Shown: piece after piece, positions 41,720-51,269 of the stretch
Layout: every line of letters starts with the position of its first letter
How positions within the stretch are numbered: position 1 is the stretch's first letter
NCBI GenBank assembly: GCA_045046875.1
Contig: JASFYY010000095.1
Coordinates: 11,511-75,510 of the forward strand
Direction: 5' to 3'
Source: Verrucomicrobiota bacterium
GTDB taxonomy: Bacteria > Verrucomicrobiota > Verrucomicrobiia > Verrucomicrobiales > DEV007
DNA: 64,000 nucleotides
The notes under the pieces: model-generated
Databases searched by the model: none
Told to the model about the DNA's origin: nothing
The model's input: only the letters and a program-made list of their open reading frames with translations
Translations under genes and position numbers: made by a program

Positions 41720-42538
41720 TCACATCGCAGCCATCAGGTTTTGATTTTTGTCCTCGCGATCCAAATCTTCCAACTCACCGTCACGCAACGCTTCAATAAT
41801 CCGCTGATCCCCTTCCATTATCCGCAAAGCCACCCAACGAGGATTTGGCAATCGAGGAAATTGTTGCTCGATCTTTTCAATCAATTGGTTCAGCGCACGA
41901 TTGAGCTTCGTCGATCCACTCTTGATCCGATAAGGCCGGCACACCGTTTGACCACTTGCCACCTCATTGATCGCCTGTAACAATTGCTCTATCCCTTCCC
42001 CCGAACGCGCTGAAGTCGCCACCACGGGTATGCCCAACTCTTTAGCCAACAAGCGCTCATCAACCGTTACATGATGCCTGCTCGCCTCATCCACCAGATT
42101 CAAACACAACACCGCGCGATCAGTGATCTCCAACACCTGCAAAGCCAGATTCAAATTGCGTTCCAGGCGACTGGCATCCACCACTATCACGGTGACGTCC
42201 GGACGGCCAAATAAAATAAAATTGCGCGCCACCTCCTCGTCGGTGCTGGTGGACAAAAGCGAATACGTCCCCGGCAGATCAATCATCTTGTAACGCTTAT
42301 CTCCGTATTGATAGCCCCCCTCAGCGCGGGTCACCGTTTTGCCGGGCCAATTACCCGTATGCTGCCGCAAACCCGTCAGGGCATTAAAAACCGTACTCTT
42401 GCCCGTATTGGGATTGCCCGCCAAAGCGACCACATAATCAAAGTTGTCCATTTTGATCCCCATCCGGATCAAATTACCCGCATGATGAGATGGACAAGTA
42501 TCGCAAGGACTGGCGCTCTCGTTTTTTTCGTTTTTCAT
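41720..42538 (-). CDS. feoB: FeoB GTPase domain (N-terminal half, separate gene)
   Basis: GNPNTGKS, HTGNWPGKTV, DLPGTYSL, LERNL, NLVD. Confidence 0.92.
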   Translation of the reverse strand: MKNEKNESASPCDTCPSHHAGNLIRMGIKMDNFDYVVALAGNPNTGKSTVFNALTGLRQHTGNWPGKTVTRAEGGYQYGDKRYKMIDLPGTYSLLSTSTDEEVARNFILFGRPDVTVIVVDASRLERNLNLALQVLEITDRAVLCLNLVDEASRHHVTVDERLLAKELGIPVVATSARSGEGIEQLLQAINEVASGQTVCRPYRIKSGSTKLNRALNQLIEKIEQQFPRLPNPRWVALRIMEGDQRIIEALRDGELEDLDREDKNQNLMAAM

Positions 42539-43548
42539 TTTTCCACTAAAATCAAATCCGCCTGACTTTTCCTCAACGCAATGATAGCGCCCCTTATTTC
42601 ATACGCAGTAGGATCACCTGCCGCACTGCTCATTTCTGCTTTTATACGAGTGCCTGATATGACACCCAGATCCATCAAACGACGACGCTGCACTCCGCGA
42701 CAGGCCCTGGATATAGAGACCACCGAAGCGCTTTCCCCCGGAGCCAGCTGCGATAGTTTTGGGTAACTCGATTCTTCAGATTTTTTTTCTGCCAAAGCCA
42801 ATACGGTCACATTAACCGCAAATACCGGAGCCAAGGATTGCTCCTCCCCATCCAAAGCAAAACGAACCCTCACCGGACTGCAATCGAGGATGTGGATGTG
42901 TTTGCCCACATCAAATCCCTGAGCCACTAATTGAGCAAAAATTTCCTCTGGTTCATCTTCGATATGAATGACTTCAGCCGTTTGCCCTTTTTGCAAATCA
43001 GTCATCGGCATTCCCAGCGAAGGAGGCAATTCCCCGCGCGCCGTAGGAATCGGATCCCCATGGGGGTCATATAGCGGATTGCCAAGCTGGGCCGCCAGGA
43101 CATTGGCTTCACCAAAGGTCATTTTATGCTCCTGTTGTTCAGCCTCCGCATGCCATTCCGGAGCCGGCACCCCGGTTTCGTCAGCCAGGTATCGCTCCCA
43201 CACCCGGTGAATCCGAATAATACGCAAGGCATACGAGCGCCCTTCATCCGTCAATTGCAGCGTATTGCCCTGCGATTTCACCAAGTCCAGAGCTTCGAGC
43301 CGCGTCAATAATTCAATCGCACGCCCCGCACTGATAGAGAGCCCGCCGGAAAGGCTCTGCAAAGTACAAGGCAACTGTTTGTATTCCCCATCATACAAAT
43401 ATTTCAAAGCGTTCTCGATCAAAGCCCGCCCGGTGTTTTGCCAGGCACGTCGCCATTGCCATAGATAGCCCTTATGAGGACGAAAAAACAAATACAAAGC
43501 CAACAATAAAGCGAACCCTATCAGCAAGGTTGTCAAAGGGGATAACAT
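42535..43548 (-). CDS. DtxR-family metalloregulator with N-terminal TM helix and two FeoA domains
   Basis: Hydrophobic N-terminus; HRVWERYL...AEQQEH; DPHGDPIP; RRRLMDLG...GDPTAYEIRG. Confidence 0.85.
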   Translation of the reverse strand: MLSPLTTLLIGFALLLALYLFFRPHKGYLWQWRRAWQNTGRALIENALKYLYDGEYKQLPCTLQSLSGGLSISAGRAIELLTRLEALDLVKSQGNTLQLTDEGRSYALRIIRIHRVWERYLADETGVPAPEWHAEAEQQEHKMTFGEANVLAAQLGNPLYDPHGDPIPTARGELPPSLGMPMTDLQKGQTAEVIHIEDEPEEIFAQLVAQGFDVGKHIHILDCSPVRVRFALDGEEQSLAPVFAVNVTVLALAEKKSEESSYPKLSQLAPGESASVVSISRACRGVQRRRLMDLGVISGTRIKAEMSSAAGDPTAYEIRGAIIALRKSQADLILVEK

Positions 43549-43594
43549 ATCAGCCTACCCCCCTGCTGTAATTAATTTTGTTCACGAATACAAA

Positions 43595-43608
43595 TTAGGC
43601 TGACCTAA
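43595..43608. promoter_or_regulatory. putative DtxR/MntR-family operator
   Basis: TTAGG-CTGA-CCTAA palindrome in the divergent feo/mntR intergenic region. Confidence 0.6.
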
Positions 43609-43658
43609 CATACTTATGCAAGAGAAATTTTTAGCCGAAGACCGAAACATGCGCTAGA

Positions 43659-44189
43659 ATGACAACCATCTTGGACCCTATGAGCCCATCAAAACCTACA
43701 GCCAGCGGAAAAAAATCGCCTTCATCCAAATCCACAAAATCTACAGGATCATCGAAACCGGCTCGCAATCAAACGCGTGCGGTTGAAGATTATTTGGAGC
43801 AAATTTACAATCTGATTGAAGACAAAGGTTACGCCCGGGTGATCGACATTGCTCAAAACCTGGGCCTCGCCCAGGCCAGCGTCACCAACATGATCCAGCG
43901 CCTCGACAGTGAAGGATACATCATTTACGAAAAATACCGCGGCCTCACCCTCACTGACAGTGGACGCAAAGTCGGCGAAGCCATCACCCGCCGCCACCAA
44001 CTGCTGACCCGCCTGTTGCGCCACTTTAATCTGGACGAAGACACCATCTACGAAGACGTCGAAGGCATGGAGCATCACATCAGCCGCCCCACCCTCGAAG
44101 TCATCAGCGCCCTCTGCGAAGAACTCGAAAGCAGTCCGGCACTGCTCAAACGACTAAAAAAACGCATCAAAGAGCACGGGAAAGGGTGA
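43659..44189 (+). CDS. mntR: MntR-type DtxR-family regulator
   Basis: VEDYLEQIY...GYARVIDIA...ASVTNMIQRL; RRH...EDVEGMEHHIS. Confidence 0.85.
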   Translation: MTTILDPMSPSKPTASGKKSPSSKSTKSTGSSKPARNQTRAVEDYLEQIYNLIEDKGYARVIDIAQNLGLAQASVTNMIQRLDSEGYIIYEKYRGLTLTDSGRKVGEAITRRHQLLTRLLRHFNLDEDTIYEDVEGMEHHISRPTLEVISALCEELESSPALLKRLKKRIKEHGKG

Positions 44190-44192
44190 GTT

Positions 44193-44543
44193 TCACTCTA
44201 CTTCATCTGTTGATTGACCCGCACCCGTCACCCACTGCACGGCATCTTTCCAGCATTGCGGATCATAGTCCACATAGCTCTGGTGCCCCAGCCCCTCAAA
44301 CTTGTAAAATTTCTTAGTCGTCGGAATAACATCAAACACCCGCCGAGCTTCACCGACACGAGCTCGCACATCTTCAGTTCCATGAAGAAATACAGCCGGA
44401 CAAGCTACTGCCTTAGCATAGGTGACCGGGTTGTGAGAAAAAGCATCAAAGCCAAATTGCTGCCCGCTCCAAAATAATAGTAAGTGGGCACTTGGAAACG
44501 AAGGCACACCCATCGCTTCGAAACGATGCTCCACTGTGTGCAA
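44193..44543 (-). pseudogene. C-terminal fragment of an alpha/beta hydrolase
   Basis: Retains LHGTED and GLGHQSY (Asp/His) but lacks the GxSxG half; no ATG at the ORF-track start; begins 11 bp after the upstream gene's stop. Confidence 0.65.
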
Positions 44544-44554
44544 GGTTTACGAGC

Positions 44555-46399
44555 TCAATTTAATGTAACCGTTTGAGCTTCACCCCCCACTTTGGCATCT
44601 TCTGATACAAGCGTGTCCGGCGTATTTTTTCCAACTTTAATGATGAAGGTCTTTCCCTTCGGCGCCCCCGGAGCAAAGGTCTTTCCCCTGGCTCGAACCG
44701 TGTAGAGAATTTCCTTGGACTCGGCATCGATGAGTTGAACCACCGGATTTTCAACATCAAATGTCAGTTCCCCAAGCTTGCCCCATGACGGCGGGCTGTA
44801 GTTATCAAACTGAGAGATCGTCCGTGGCCAGCCTGTATATTGTTTGGCCGACGGGTCGGTGACATCCACATTGCGCGGCCAACATTCCATGGTGATCTCA
44901 CGGGTTTTGGTATTAAGGCGCACGATACCAAAACCTGCCGCACGGGTGTTGAGAACATTGCCTGCGGGCTGTTTCTCAGGATTAGCCGCAGCGTAGTTGG
45001 TCACTTTGTTGTTGAACCCGTCGAAAAGATCCCCAGTGTAATCGGGAGCACCGGGCTCGCGATTAAGGCCGGGTTCCAGAGGCTCCCACCAACGCAGATA
45101 GAGGTTGGCGATGGAAGGCAAGCAGAACGACCAGATGGCATCACGGTGCTCGTCGATGCCATGATGGAAAATAGTAGCGAGATGTTGGTCTCCGGCGAAA
45201 TGGAAAGCGAAGCCTTTTCGCAGCCCCTCTAAGGCATGGTTTCGTCCAGTTTGCGGCCAACCGTTGGAATCCATGTCAGCATGGAGCCGACCGTTCGCGT
45301 TGCCGTGAATGTGAGCACCTCCACAAAAAATGGTCGCTGAAAGAGCTACCTTCATATTGGCATGCCTCCAATCTTGGGACCAGTTGTCAATAAACTTCAG
45401 CTGTCGTTCACCGAGCAAAACAGCACCATCCACATCAACGCTGGCCGGGTCATACTCAGGGTTACGAATATGGTCCGGGCGAGGCCCCTGCTTGGGCACC
45501 CGCCCAGCGGGGCCTGTTTTAAATTTACGGTCTTCGAGAATCGCAAAATCAACATTCCCCCAATTAAGGTTAGTAAAATACACCCCAATCCCCTGACCGA
45601 TTTTGTGAGGATCAACGGGGTCAGGCAAATGACTGGTCTGAGCCCGTTCGACTTCCTGAATGTAACTACCAGGTTGAATATAGCCCCCGTCGGCAGCACC
45701 CGGAAGAGTGGATACCTTTCCGCTTTCGCCCCATAGATTAGGCTGCCCGGCATCGTGATCATCGGGCAGACAAATAGTCGGCCGATCTTTTATAATCTCA
45801 CCAAAATCCCGACCGAACTTGAGCCAGGCGGCATAGTGTTTGTGGTGGTCATATACCTGATCTCCGGAAAAGAAAAGAACATCGGCATCGACCCTCTTGA
45901 CATTATCGATCAGATCCTGACGAGAGATATCCCCACCATGTGCCGGTTGGATCGAATTCCCCGTATAACCAGCAACAATGATTTCATCCTTGTCGATCGG
46001 ATTCTTGCGAATCATTCCTTCGTAAAAAGCCTCCGTGCCGTGGGCAACACGATATTTCTGCGCCTTGGAGTCGTCCCAATTTTCAACGCGGAAAGGAGCC
46101 GTCCAACCCTGTTCAATCACGCTTACCTTAGCGACTTCGACCCATTTGCCATCCTGCTCGATTTCCAGACGCACCTCTTTGCTTGCTCCCTTTGGGATAG
46201 GATAAAGCTGAGCGGTCAGTTTGAGGGTTTTATCATGAACGGTATAAAGCGCAAAACAGATGATATCCTTTTTTTCTACTTTTGGAATCACCAGGACAGC
46301 ACGAGGTTTTCTTTTCTTTTTTTTGTTCTGCTGAGCGTCGGCCACACCAACAAAAACAAGCGCGGCACAACAAAAAGTGAGAAATGATTGAAGCTTCAT
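44555..46399 (-). CDS. PhoD-like alkaline phosphatase / metallophosphoesterase
   Basis: Signal peptide; FFSGDQVY, PDDHD, FAGDQH. Confidence 0.78.
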   Translation of the reverse strand: MKLQSFLTFCCAALVFVGVADAQQNKKKKRKPRAVLVIPKVEKKDIICFALYTVHDKTLKLTAQLYPIPKGASKEVRLEIEQDGKWVEVAKVSVIEQGWTAPFRVENWDDSKAQKYRVAHGTEAFYEGMIRKNPIDKDEIIVAGYTGNSIQPAHGGDISRQDLIDNVKRVDADVLFFSGDQVYDHHKHYAAWLKFGRDFGEIIKDRPTICLPDDHDAGQPNLWGESGKVSTLPGAADGGYIQPGSYIQEVERAQTSHLPDPVDPHKIGQGIGVYFTNLNWGNVDFAILEDRKFKTGPAGRVPKQGPRPDHIRNPEYDPASVDVDGAVLLGERQLKFIDNWSQDWRHANMKVALSATIFCGGAHIHGNANGRLHADMDSNGWPQTGRNHALEGLRKGFAFHFAGDQHLATIFHHGIDEHRDAIWSFCLPSIANLYLRWWEPLEPGLNREPGAPDYTGDLFDGFNNKVTNYAAANPEKQPAGNVLNTRAAGFGIVRLNTKTREITMECWPRNVDVTDPSAKQYTGWPRTISQFDNYSPPSWGKLGELTFDVENPVVQLIDAESKEILYTVRARGKTFAPGAPKGKTFIIKVGKNTPDTLVSEDAKVGGEAQTVTLN

Positions 46400-46433
46400 C
46401 AAGATGCCTATCATTTCATTATCAGCCTGTCAG

Positions 46434-47351
46434 CTAAAGTTTTCGTTCAGGGGGTGGCGGATTCGCGGTATCTGACGACTTTGATGCAAGCTGGAGACCT
46501 TCGTTTACTTGTGGTTTGCGCCAAAGAAAAAAAAGATACAGAGGGATCATGAAATGCGGAGCACGAAGAATGACTTCGTGAATGTAATGATCAGCACCCC
46601 AGTAGTTCAAGCTCATCGACATCCCCGCAACGGGTCTGGCAAGGGCCGCCAGAAACCCCCAAACGGCCGCATAGAGCATGCAAGGGCGACGCCATAAGGG
46701 TATAAAAATACCAATGCAGACAACAAAATCGAGAGTCCCAACGACATGAAGAAAAATCCGAACCGTATCATGCTCCACCTGAAGGATCACAGATGTCATG
46801 CCATAAAAAATCGCAGGCGTCGGCCAATGATAACCAAAAGCATATAAACCATGGCCGGCAAAGGTCATGATCAATGCCGCCATAGCGGTCCTCACCGTAA
46901 CCCGGTGGCGGACTCCAAAAACAAGTGCCATCACCAGGATGATAGGAATGAGCATCTGCCCGCCATGCTCGATGAACATGGGGAATTGACTCTGAATAGC
47001 GAGATATTTGGCATAAGCCAAAACCATGAGCAAAACACTGCCACCGATAAGAGCCGCCATCTGCAAATGTGATTTATGACGAACCGTGAGACTCAAAATG
47101 CTACAAGCCAGGTAGAGCCATGCTATTCGGTGGATCCACTTCTGAATCAAACCATCATTCGCCCCCGTGCCGACAAATTCCTCCCAACTGATCCCGAATC
47201 GTTCGACCCATGCATAAGTAGTATCCTGCCAGAGAAGAATGCCATAGGGTCCCTGCCAGTAGAAGTGCACCCAAGTCCAGCCAGCGAAGCAAAAAAATGC
47301 TCCCAGACGGAGACAGAGCAGCAGAATTCGATCAAGCTTCGTTTGAGTCAT
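46434..47351 (-). CDS. polytopic membrane protein of unknown function
   Basis: 305 aa, multiple hydrophobic helices, His-containing segments (EHGGQ, FAGHG, RAPH). Confidence 0.7.
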   Translation of the reverse strand: MTQTKLDRILLLCLRLGAFFCFAGWTWVHFYWQGPYGILLWQDTTYAWVERFGISWEEFVGTGANDGLIQKWIHRIAWLYLACSILSLTVRHKSHLQMAALIGGSVLLMVLAYAKYLAIQSQFPMFIEHGGQMLIPIILVMALVFGVRHRVTVRTAMAALIMTFAGHGLYAFGYHWPTPAIFYGMTSVILQVEHDTVRIFLHVVGTLDFVVCIGIFIPLWRRPCMLYAAVWGFLAALARPVAGMSMSLNYWGADHYIHEVILRAPHFMIPLYLFFLWRKPQVNEGLQLASKSSDTANPPPPERKL

Positions 47352-47362
47352 AGTGAATCGGT

Positions 47363-47399
47363 GAGGCAGCTACCGCCTACGGCACCACCTCCCTCTACC
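47363..47399 (-). repeat. GTAG-led imperfect hairpin, REP-like
   Basis: Minus strand GGTAGAGGGAGGTGGTGCCGTAGGCGGTAGCTGCCTC. Confidence 0.4.
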
Positions 47400-47589
47400 A
47401 TAGCGAAAATCTCGCCCGATCCACTGATTTCTGCGCCGCAATCATGCCCATTGAGAGCAATAAAACAGACAAGGCTAAATAAAATGATGACGATGAAAAA
47501 GTGTTCGTGGCTTCATCGCTATATCAAAAACTAAGCTATAGAATATTACTGATGTGAACAGAAAAATTTAAAAAACTTGAGTGATATTC

Positions 47590-48636
47590 TCAAAGTCGGG
47601 CAAAATCAAAATAAAATGGTCGTTTCACCTTTGGCGGGTCGCCAAAAAATCCGACGAGAAAATGGCCTGCCGTTACTTGCTTGGAACTCAACCCATCCAA
47701 AGCCGCCGTCAAAGGGTCCTCAATATCCAAGCCCAGCCCATACAAGCCTCTTGTCTCCAGCACTCCTGCCAACAAGGCTTTGAATATTTTTGGATCCCTA
47801 TTTTTACACAACAAGGTCGTCAATGCTTTTGATGAAATACACTCGCCAATCGCGGGTAAACGTGGCCTCCCTCCCAACTCCGCCCACACATTATAAAAAG
47901 GACGCGCAAGGCGCACCCCTCGACCATAACCTGTGATTCGGGTACGGTTAATTGAACTTGTATCCCAAATTCCAAGCATGCCAATCAACTCCCCCCCTTG
48001 CTCGGCCAACCTGAAGTCTACTCCCCCCATGGCAGCGATATCCACCCAGGGAGTAAAACTGGCACTACCAGCCTCCCTTTCCAACAAACTTTGCATGGCC
48101 ACCCGGTCTTCAATCCCAGCACTTCTTACTTTAATCGCCTCAGTCGTCCCGTTCACCTTCTGTGACTGAAGGAACCAGGATCTATAAATCCCACAAGGAT
48201 GATACACCGGCAAACCTGCCCGCCCGCTCGTTAGATACTTACTCCCTTCCCGATTATCCTCAAGCACCAAGGTTTGAGCCCATTCCCCTTCGTCAAATAC
48301 CTGTTGTTTTAAGGTTTTAAAACCGCGCGCAAGCAGCATTCCCTTCCGATACTCCTGCCTAATTCTCAGATCAGATAAATAACGAATTTTTTTCACCTCT
48401 CCATCAACAAATACCGAACGCTTCCCCGCAGAAAAAACTCCCACAGCTCGGCCTGAACCTTTCTCAAAGGCAGCCCACACTTCCGGCTCATCAGCCTGCA
48501 AATAACAGCTAGCAAAAAAATCATCCCCTCGCTCCTGACATATCTGAATGCCTTGCCCCATCGGGGTCTCGCGCATTAACGCGCACAATGCCTGCGAATC
48601 GGACAACTCTGCTTTTCTGTAAACTAACTCTCCCAT
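47590..48636 (-). CDS. GNAT-like acyltransferase
   Basis: YRKAELSD...YLSDLRIRQEYRKG acyl-CoA-binding-type motif; second repeat VRSAGIED. Confidence 0.65.
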   Translation of the reverse strand: MGELVYRKAELSDSQALCALMRETPMGQGIQICQERGDDFFASCYLQADEPEVWAAFEKGSGRAVGVFSAGKRSVFVDGEVKKIRYLSDLRIRQEYRKGMLLARGFKTLKQQVFDEGEWAQTLVLEDNREGSKYLTSGRAGLPVYHPCGIYRSWFLQSQKVNGTTEAIKVRSAGIEDRVAMQSLLEREAGSASFTPWVDIAAMGGVDFRLAEQGGELIGMLGIWDTSSINRTRITGYGRGVRLARPFYNVWAELGGRPRLPAIGECISSKALTTLLCKNRDPKIFKALLAGVLETRGLYGLGLDIEDPLTAALDGLSSKQVTAGHFLVGFFGDPPKVKRPFYFDFARL

Positions 48637-49979
48637 AATGCTGAAAGCTCTCCTCGCTCTATAACCGGCAGCTTCACATCTCCCTCTCTCGAAAACCGTT
48701 TATTCGCCAAATAACGTGCCGCTTCTGATGCCCAGCCTCTTGGCAAAGATCTGAGTAAACATCTATCAAGCTGCGCTGTGTCCAAAGCCTTGGAAAAGTG
48801 TAAATTTCTTCTCAGTTCGGCAAGTACGTCCGCCCCCCTGTCTGTGACCCATATTTCATACGCTCGTTGATCTTCCCTCACCCTGATAAAACCCGAAACC
48901 CCGGCTTTCCTAAAGGCTTCTACCACATGCTCCCCATCCAGTTTTTCTCCAACCAAATCCGAACAATCTCCTCTCCTACCAACAAAACCCACCCTACCTC
49001 CATCTCCCGCTTCAATGATATCTCCCGTCCTATAGCGGTATAAACCCGCCCCTGTTGTCAACACTACCTCATACCGCCGCCCCTGTTTCACCTCCAAACT
49101 TACATCCCCCGTTTCACAATCAATGAACTCATGGAAATGCACCCCTCTAGCGATCCTCGCCGCCGACCCATCAGGAATACTTGTAACTCCCTCTGTAGCC
49201 AACAAACCTTTCGGCTCAAACACCACGCCCTCTCCCAATCGCTCGAGCACCTGCGCTTTCCACATCGCAGCCTGAGCATCCGCCCAACAACTGAGCACCC
49301 GCAATTCCGGCCAGATTTCCCGCCACGTCGCCCGCGTATCCAGTGCTTCATCAAGCTTTAAAAAAAAGACCGGACTCCATACCGAAATCGAGCGCAAATT
49401 TGATGTTGTTAATAAAACTTTTGCCGTCTGCTCAAAAAAATCACTCTCCCCAAATTCAGGAGCCACCAGCCACTTAGCCAAACCATAACTCACCTCATCC
49501 GGGAAATACGCCCCATCATTCGTAAAGCCCAAAGGCAAACCCGACGAAGTCTTCTCACCCTTGCCCAATCTTGGTGACAACGACCAATACGCCGCACCCT
49601 CAAAAACTTCAGGATAGCGCTGTTGCCATCCTTTCATCCAAATTGACAGGGCGCAGGCCAATTCACCTCGAAACTTCGGGGTTACAGGAATCACCTTCAC
49701 CGCACTCGAAGTCCCTGATGTGAGTTCAAACCCAACAGGCTCTTCTTTAGTAAGCACTGCAACCTCCCCATTAATCGCCCGCTCAACCCAGGGTTCTATA
49801 TCCATGTAACTCTGCAAAGGCACCTTGTTCGCAAAGTCTTCATAACTTGTGATATCAGCAAAACCATACTCTCGTCCAAAAGCCGACCCAACGTTGGACT
49901 GTATATAGCGGCTCAGCAAATCACATGATCTCGTTTCATACCCTCCCAACGATTCAAGTAACGTTTGACCCTCATGCAT
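48624..49979 (-). CDS. GH3-family acyl acid-amido synthetase
   Basis: FANKVPLQSY, LTSGTS, LLATEG, GLYRYRTGD, LVGEKL. Confidence 0.9.
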   Translation of the reverse strand: MHEGQTLLESLGGYETRSCDLLSRYIQSNVGSAFGREYGFADITSYEDFANKVPLQSYMDIEPWVERAINGEVAVLTKEEPVGFELTSGTSSAVKVIPVTPKFRGELACALSIWMKGWQQRYPEVFEGAAYWSLSPRLGKGEKTSSGLPLGFTNDGAYFPDEVSYGLAKWLVAPEFGESDFFEQTAKVLLTTSNLRSISVWSPVFFLKLDEALDTRATWREIWPELRVLSCWADAQAAMWKAQVLERLGEGVVFEPKGLLATEGVTSIPDGSAARIARGVHFHEFIDCETGDVSLEVKQGRRYEVVLTTGAGLYRYRTGDIIEAGDGGRVGFVGRRGDCSDLVGEKLDGEHVVEAFRKAGVSGFIRVREDQRAYEIWVTDRGADVLAELRRNLHFSKALDTAQLDRCLLRSLPRGWASEAARYLANKRFSREGDVKLPVIERGELSALWES

Positions 49980-50703
49980 TGATACACACCCTGTTTAAAC
50001 CTAACTCAAATCCATTCAAAGCTACACGTTTCAAATTATCCGTATCCATCTCCGTCAAACAAACCAACTCATCCCCAGCTGCAAAACCAGGATTCTTTTC
50101 GATAAAATAACGAACCATTGTTTTCTCTCTACGTTGCCAGGTTGCCTCCACCAGTTCAGGTTTCAGTTGCCCCAATGATTCCGTGAAATGAATGACTCCC
50201 CTATCCTTAAACCAGGCATTGCCAAATAAATGCCGCGACGCCGTGTCCACGACCTCTGACAACACAATTTCCTGATTTTTAGGATGCGGAAAAAATCGCT
50301 TGGCGAACAATGGCAAAAAAAGAAAAGTCCGATGCCCTTTTGATATCAGCATCCAAAACAGTCTCCTCCCACTGCTTGCCCTCCACTCCCCCGCTCTCTC
50401 ACAAAACGCCCTCACCAATTCGTTACTTCCCCAATAAGCCGGGTCAATAATGGTATCTCCTGAAAACAGAACATCTCCCGATGAAATCCATAGCCCCTTT
50501 GGGTTGAACGCCAAGGTAGTAAATCCTTGCAACTCCCCACTGTCATCCAGCAACAAAATCACTTCATCTTTCCAAGACAAATCTTCTGCAAAAACCTCGT
50601 GGCTCACATGATCATACGCTGCTGAGAAAAGCTTGAACATTCGCTCTTGCAGGATGGCAGACAAGTGCCTCACCGGGATGATTTTTGACTTTAAAACGTT
50701 CAT
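49972..50703 (-). CDS. GNAT-fold-like hypothetical protein
   Basis: LQGFTT...FSGDTIIDPAYWGS...LISKGHRT; overlaps both neighbours. Confidence 0.6.
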   Translation of the reverse strand: MNVLKSKIIPVRHLSAILQERMFKLFSAAYDHVSHEVFAEDLSWKDEVILLLDDSGELQGFTTLAFNPKGLWISSGDVLFSGDTIIDPAYWGSNELVRAFCERAGEWRASSGRRLFWMLISKGHRTFLFLPLFAKRFFPHPKNQEIVLSEVVDTASRHLFGNAWFKDRGVIHFTESLGQLKPELVEATWQRREKTMVRYFIEKNPGFAAGDELVCLTEMDTDNLKRVALNGFELGLNRVCINA

Positions 50704-51269
50704 CTGATCGCGGACATTAACAAATAAAAAAAGCCTATTGCCTGAGGAAACAAGATGCCCGCCGTGGAGTAATTGATCGACCTGTAGCCGTCACCTCCAG
50801 GCACAAAATACACCCCTTTCCCTGGCCCTCCGGTAGCCTTCACAAACCACCTCACGAACAGCAACTCACTGATTAAAGAAACGATTGTCAGCGTACCCCA
50901 CACCTTCAAACCAGGAACAGCAAAACCATACATCACGACCAACACCAATCCGATGTGAAACAAATCGTGCAAGACCCCATAGGCAACCCGCCAGCGTCTC
51001 GTCAAACACAGAGGGATTTCCACCAGAACTCGCAGCCCCATGGAAACAGCCAATACCACAAACGCCGTGCCCTCCCTTAATAAAACCAGGGGTAAAACTA
51101 CCCAAAGCATCAACACATACGCAAACCAAGCCGCTTTGATCGGCGATATTTTACCTCCCCTTCGTTCACCGTGATTTTGAAATGCCCACACCCCACACGC
51201 AAAAACAACCGTCCCTACCATCAGGAACAAGGCTTCACCGCGTGTAAGCATTTCGACCGCTTCTTTCAT
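50700..51269 (-). CDS. small integral membrane protein
   Basis: 189 aa, mostly hydrophobic, 4-bp overlaps at both ends. Confidence 0.7.
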   Translation of the reverse strand: MKEAVEMLTRGEALFLMVGTVVFACGVWAFQNHGERRGGKISPIKAAWFAYVLMLWVVLPLVLLREGTAFVVLAVSMGLRVLVEIPLCLTRRWRVAYGVLHDLFHIGLVLVVMYGFAVPGLKVWGTLTIVSLISELLFVRWFVKATGGPGKGVYFVPGGDGYRSINYSTAGILFPQAIGFFYLLMSAIR

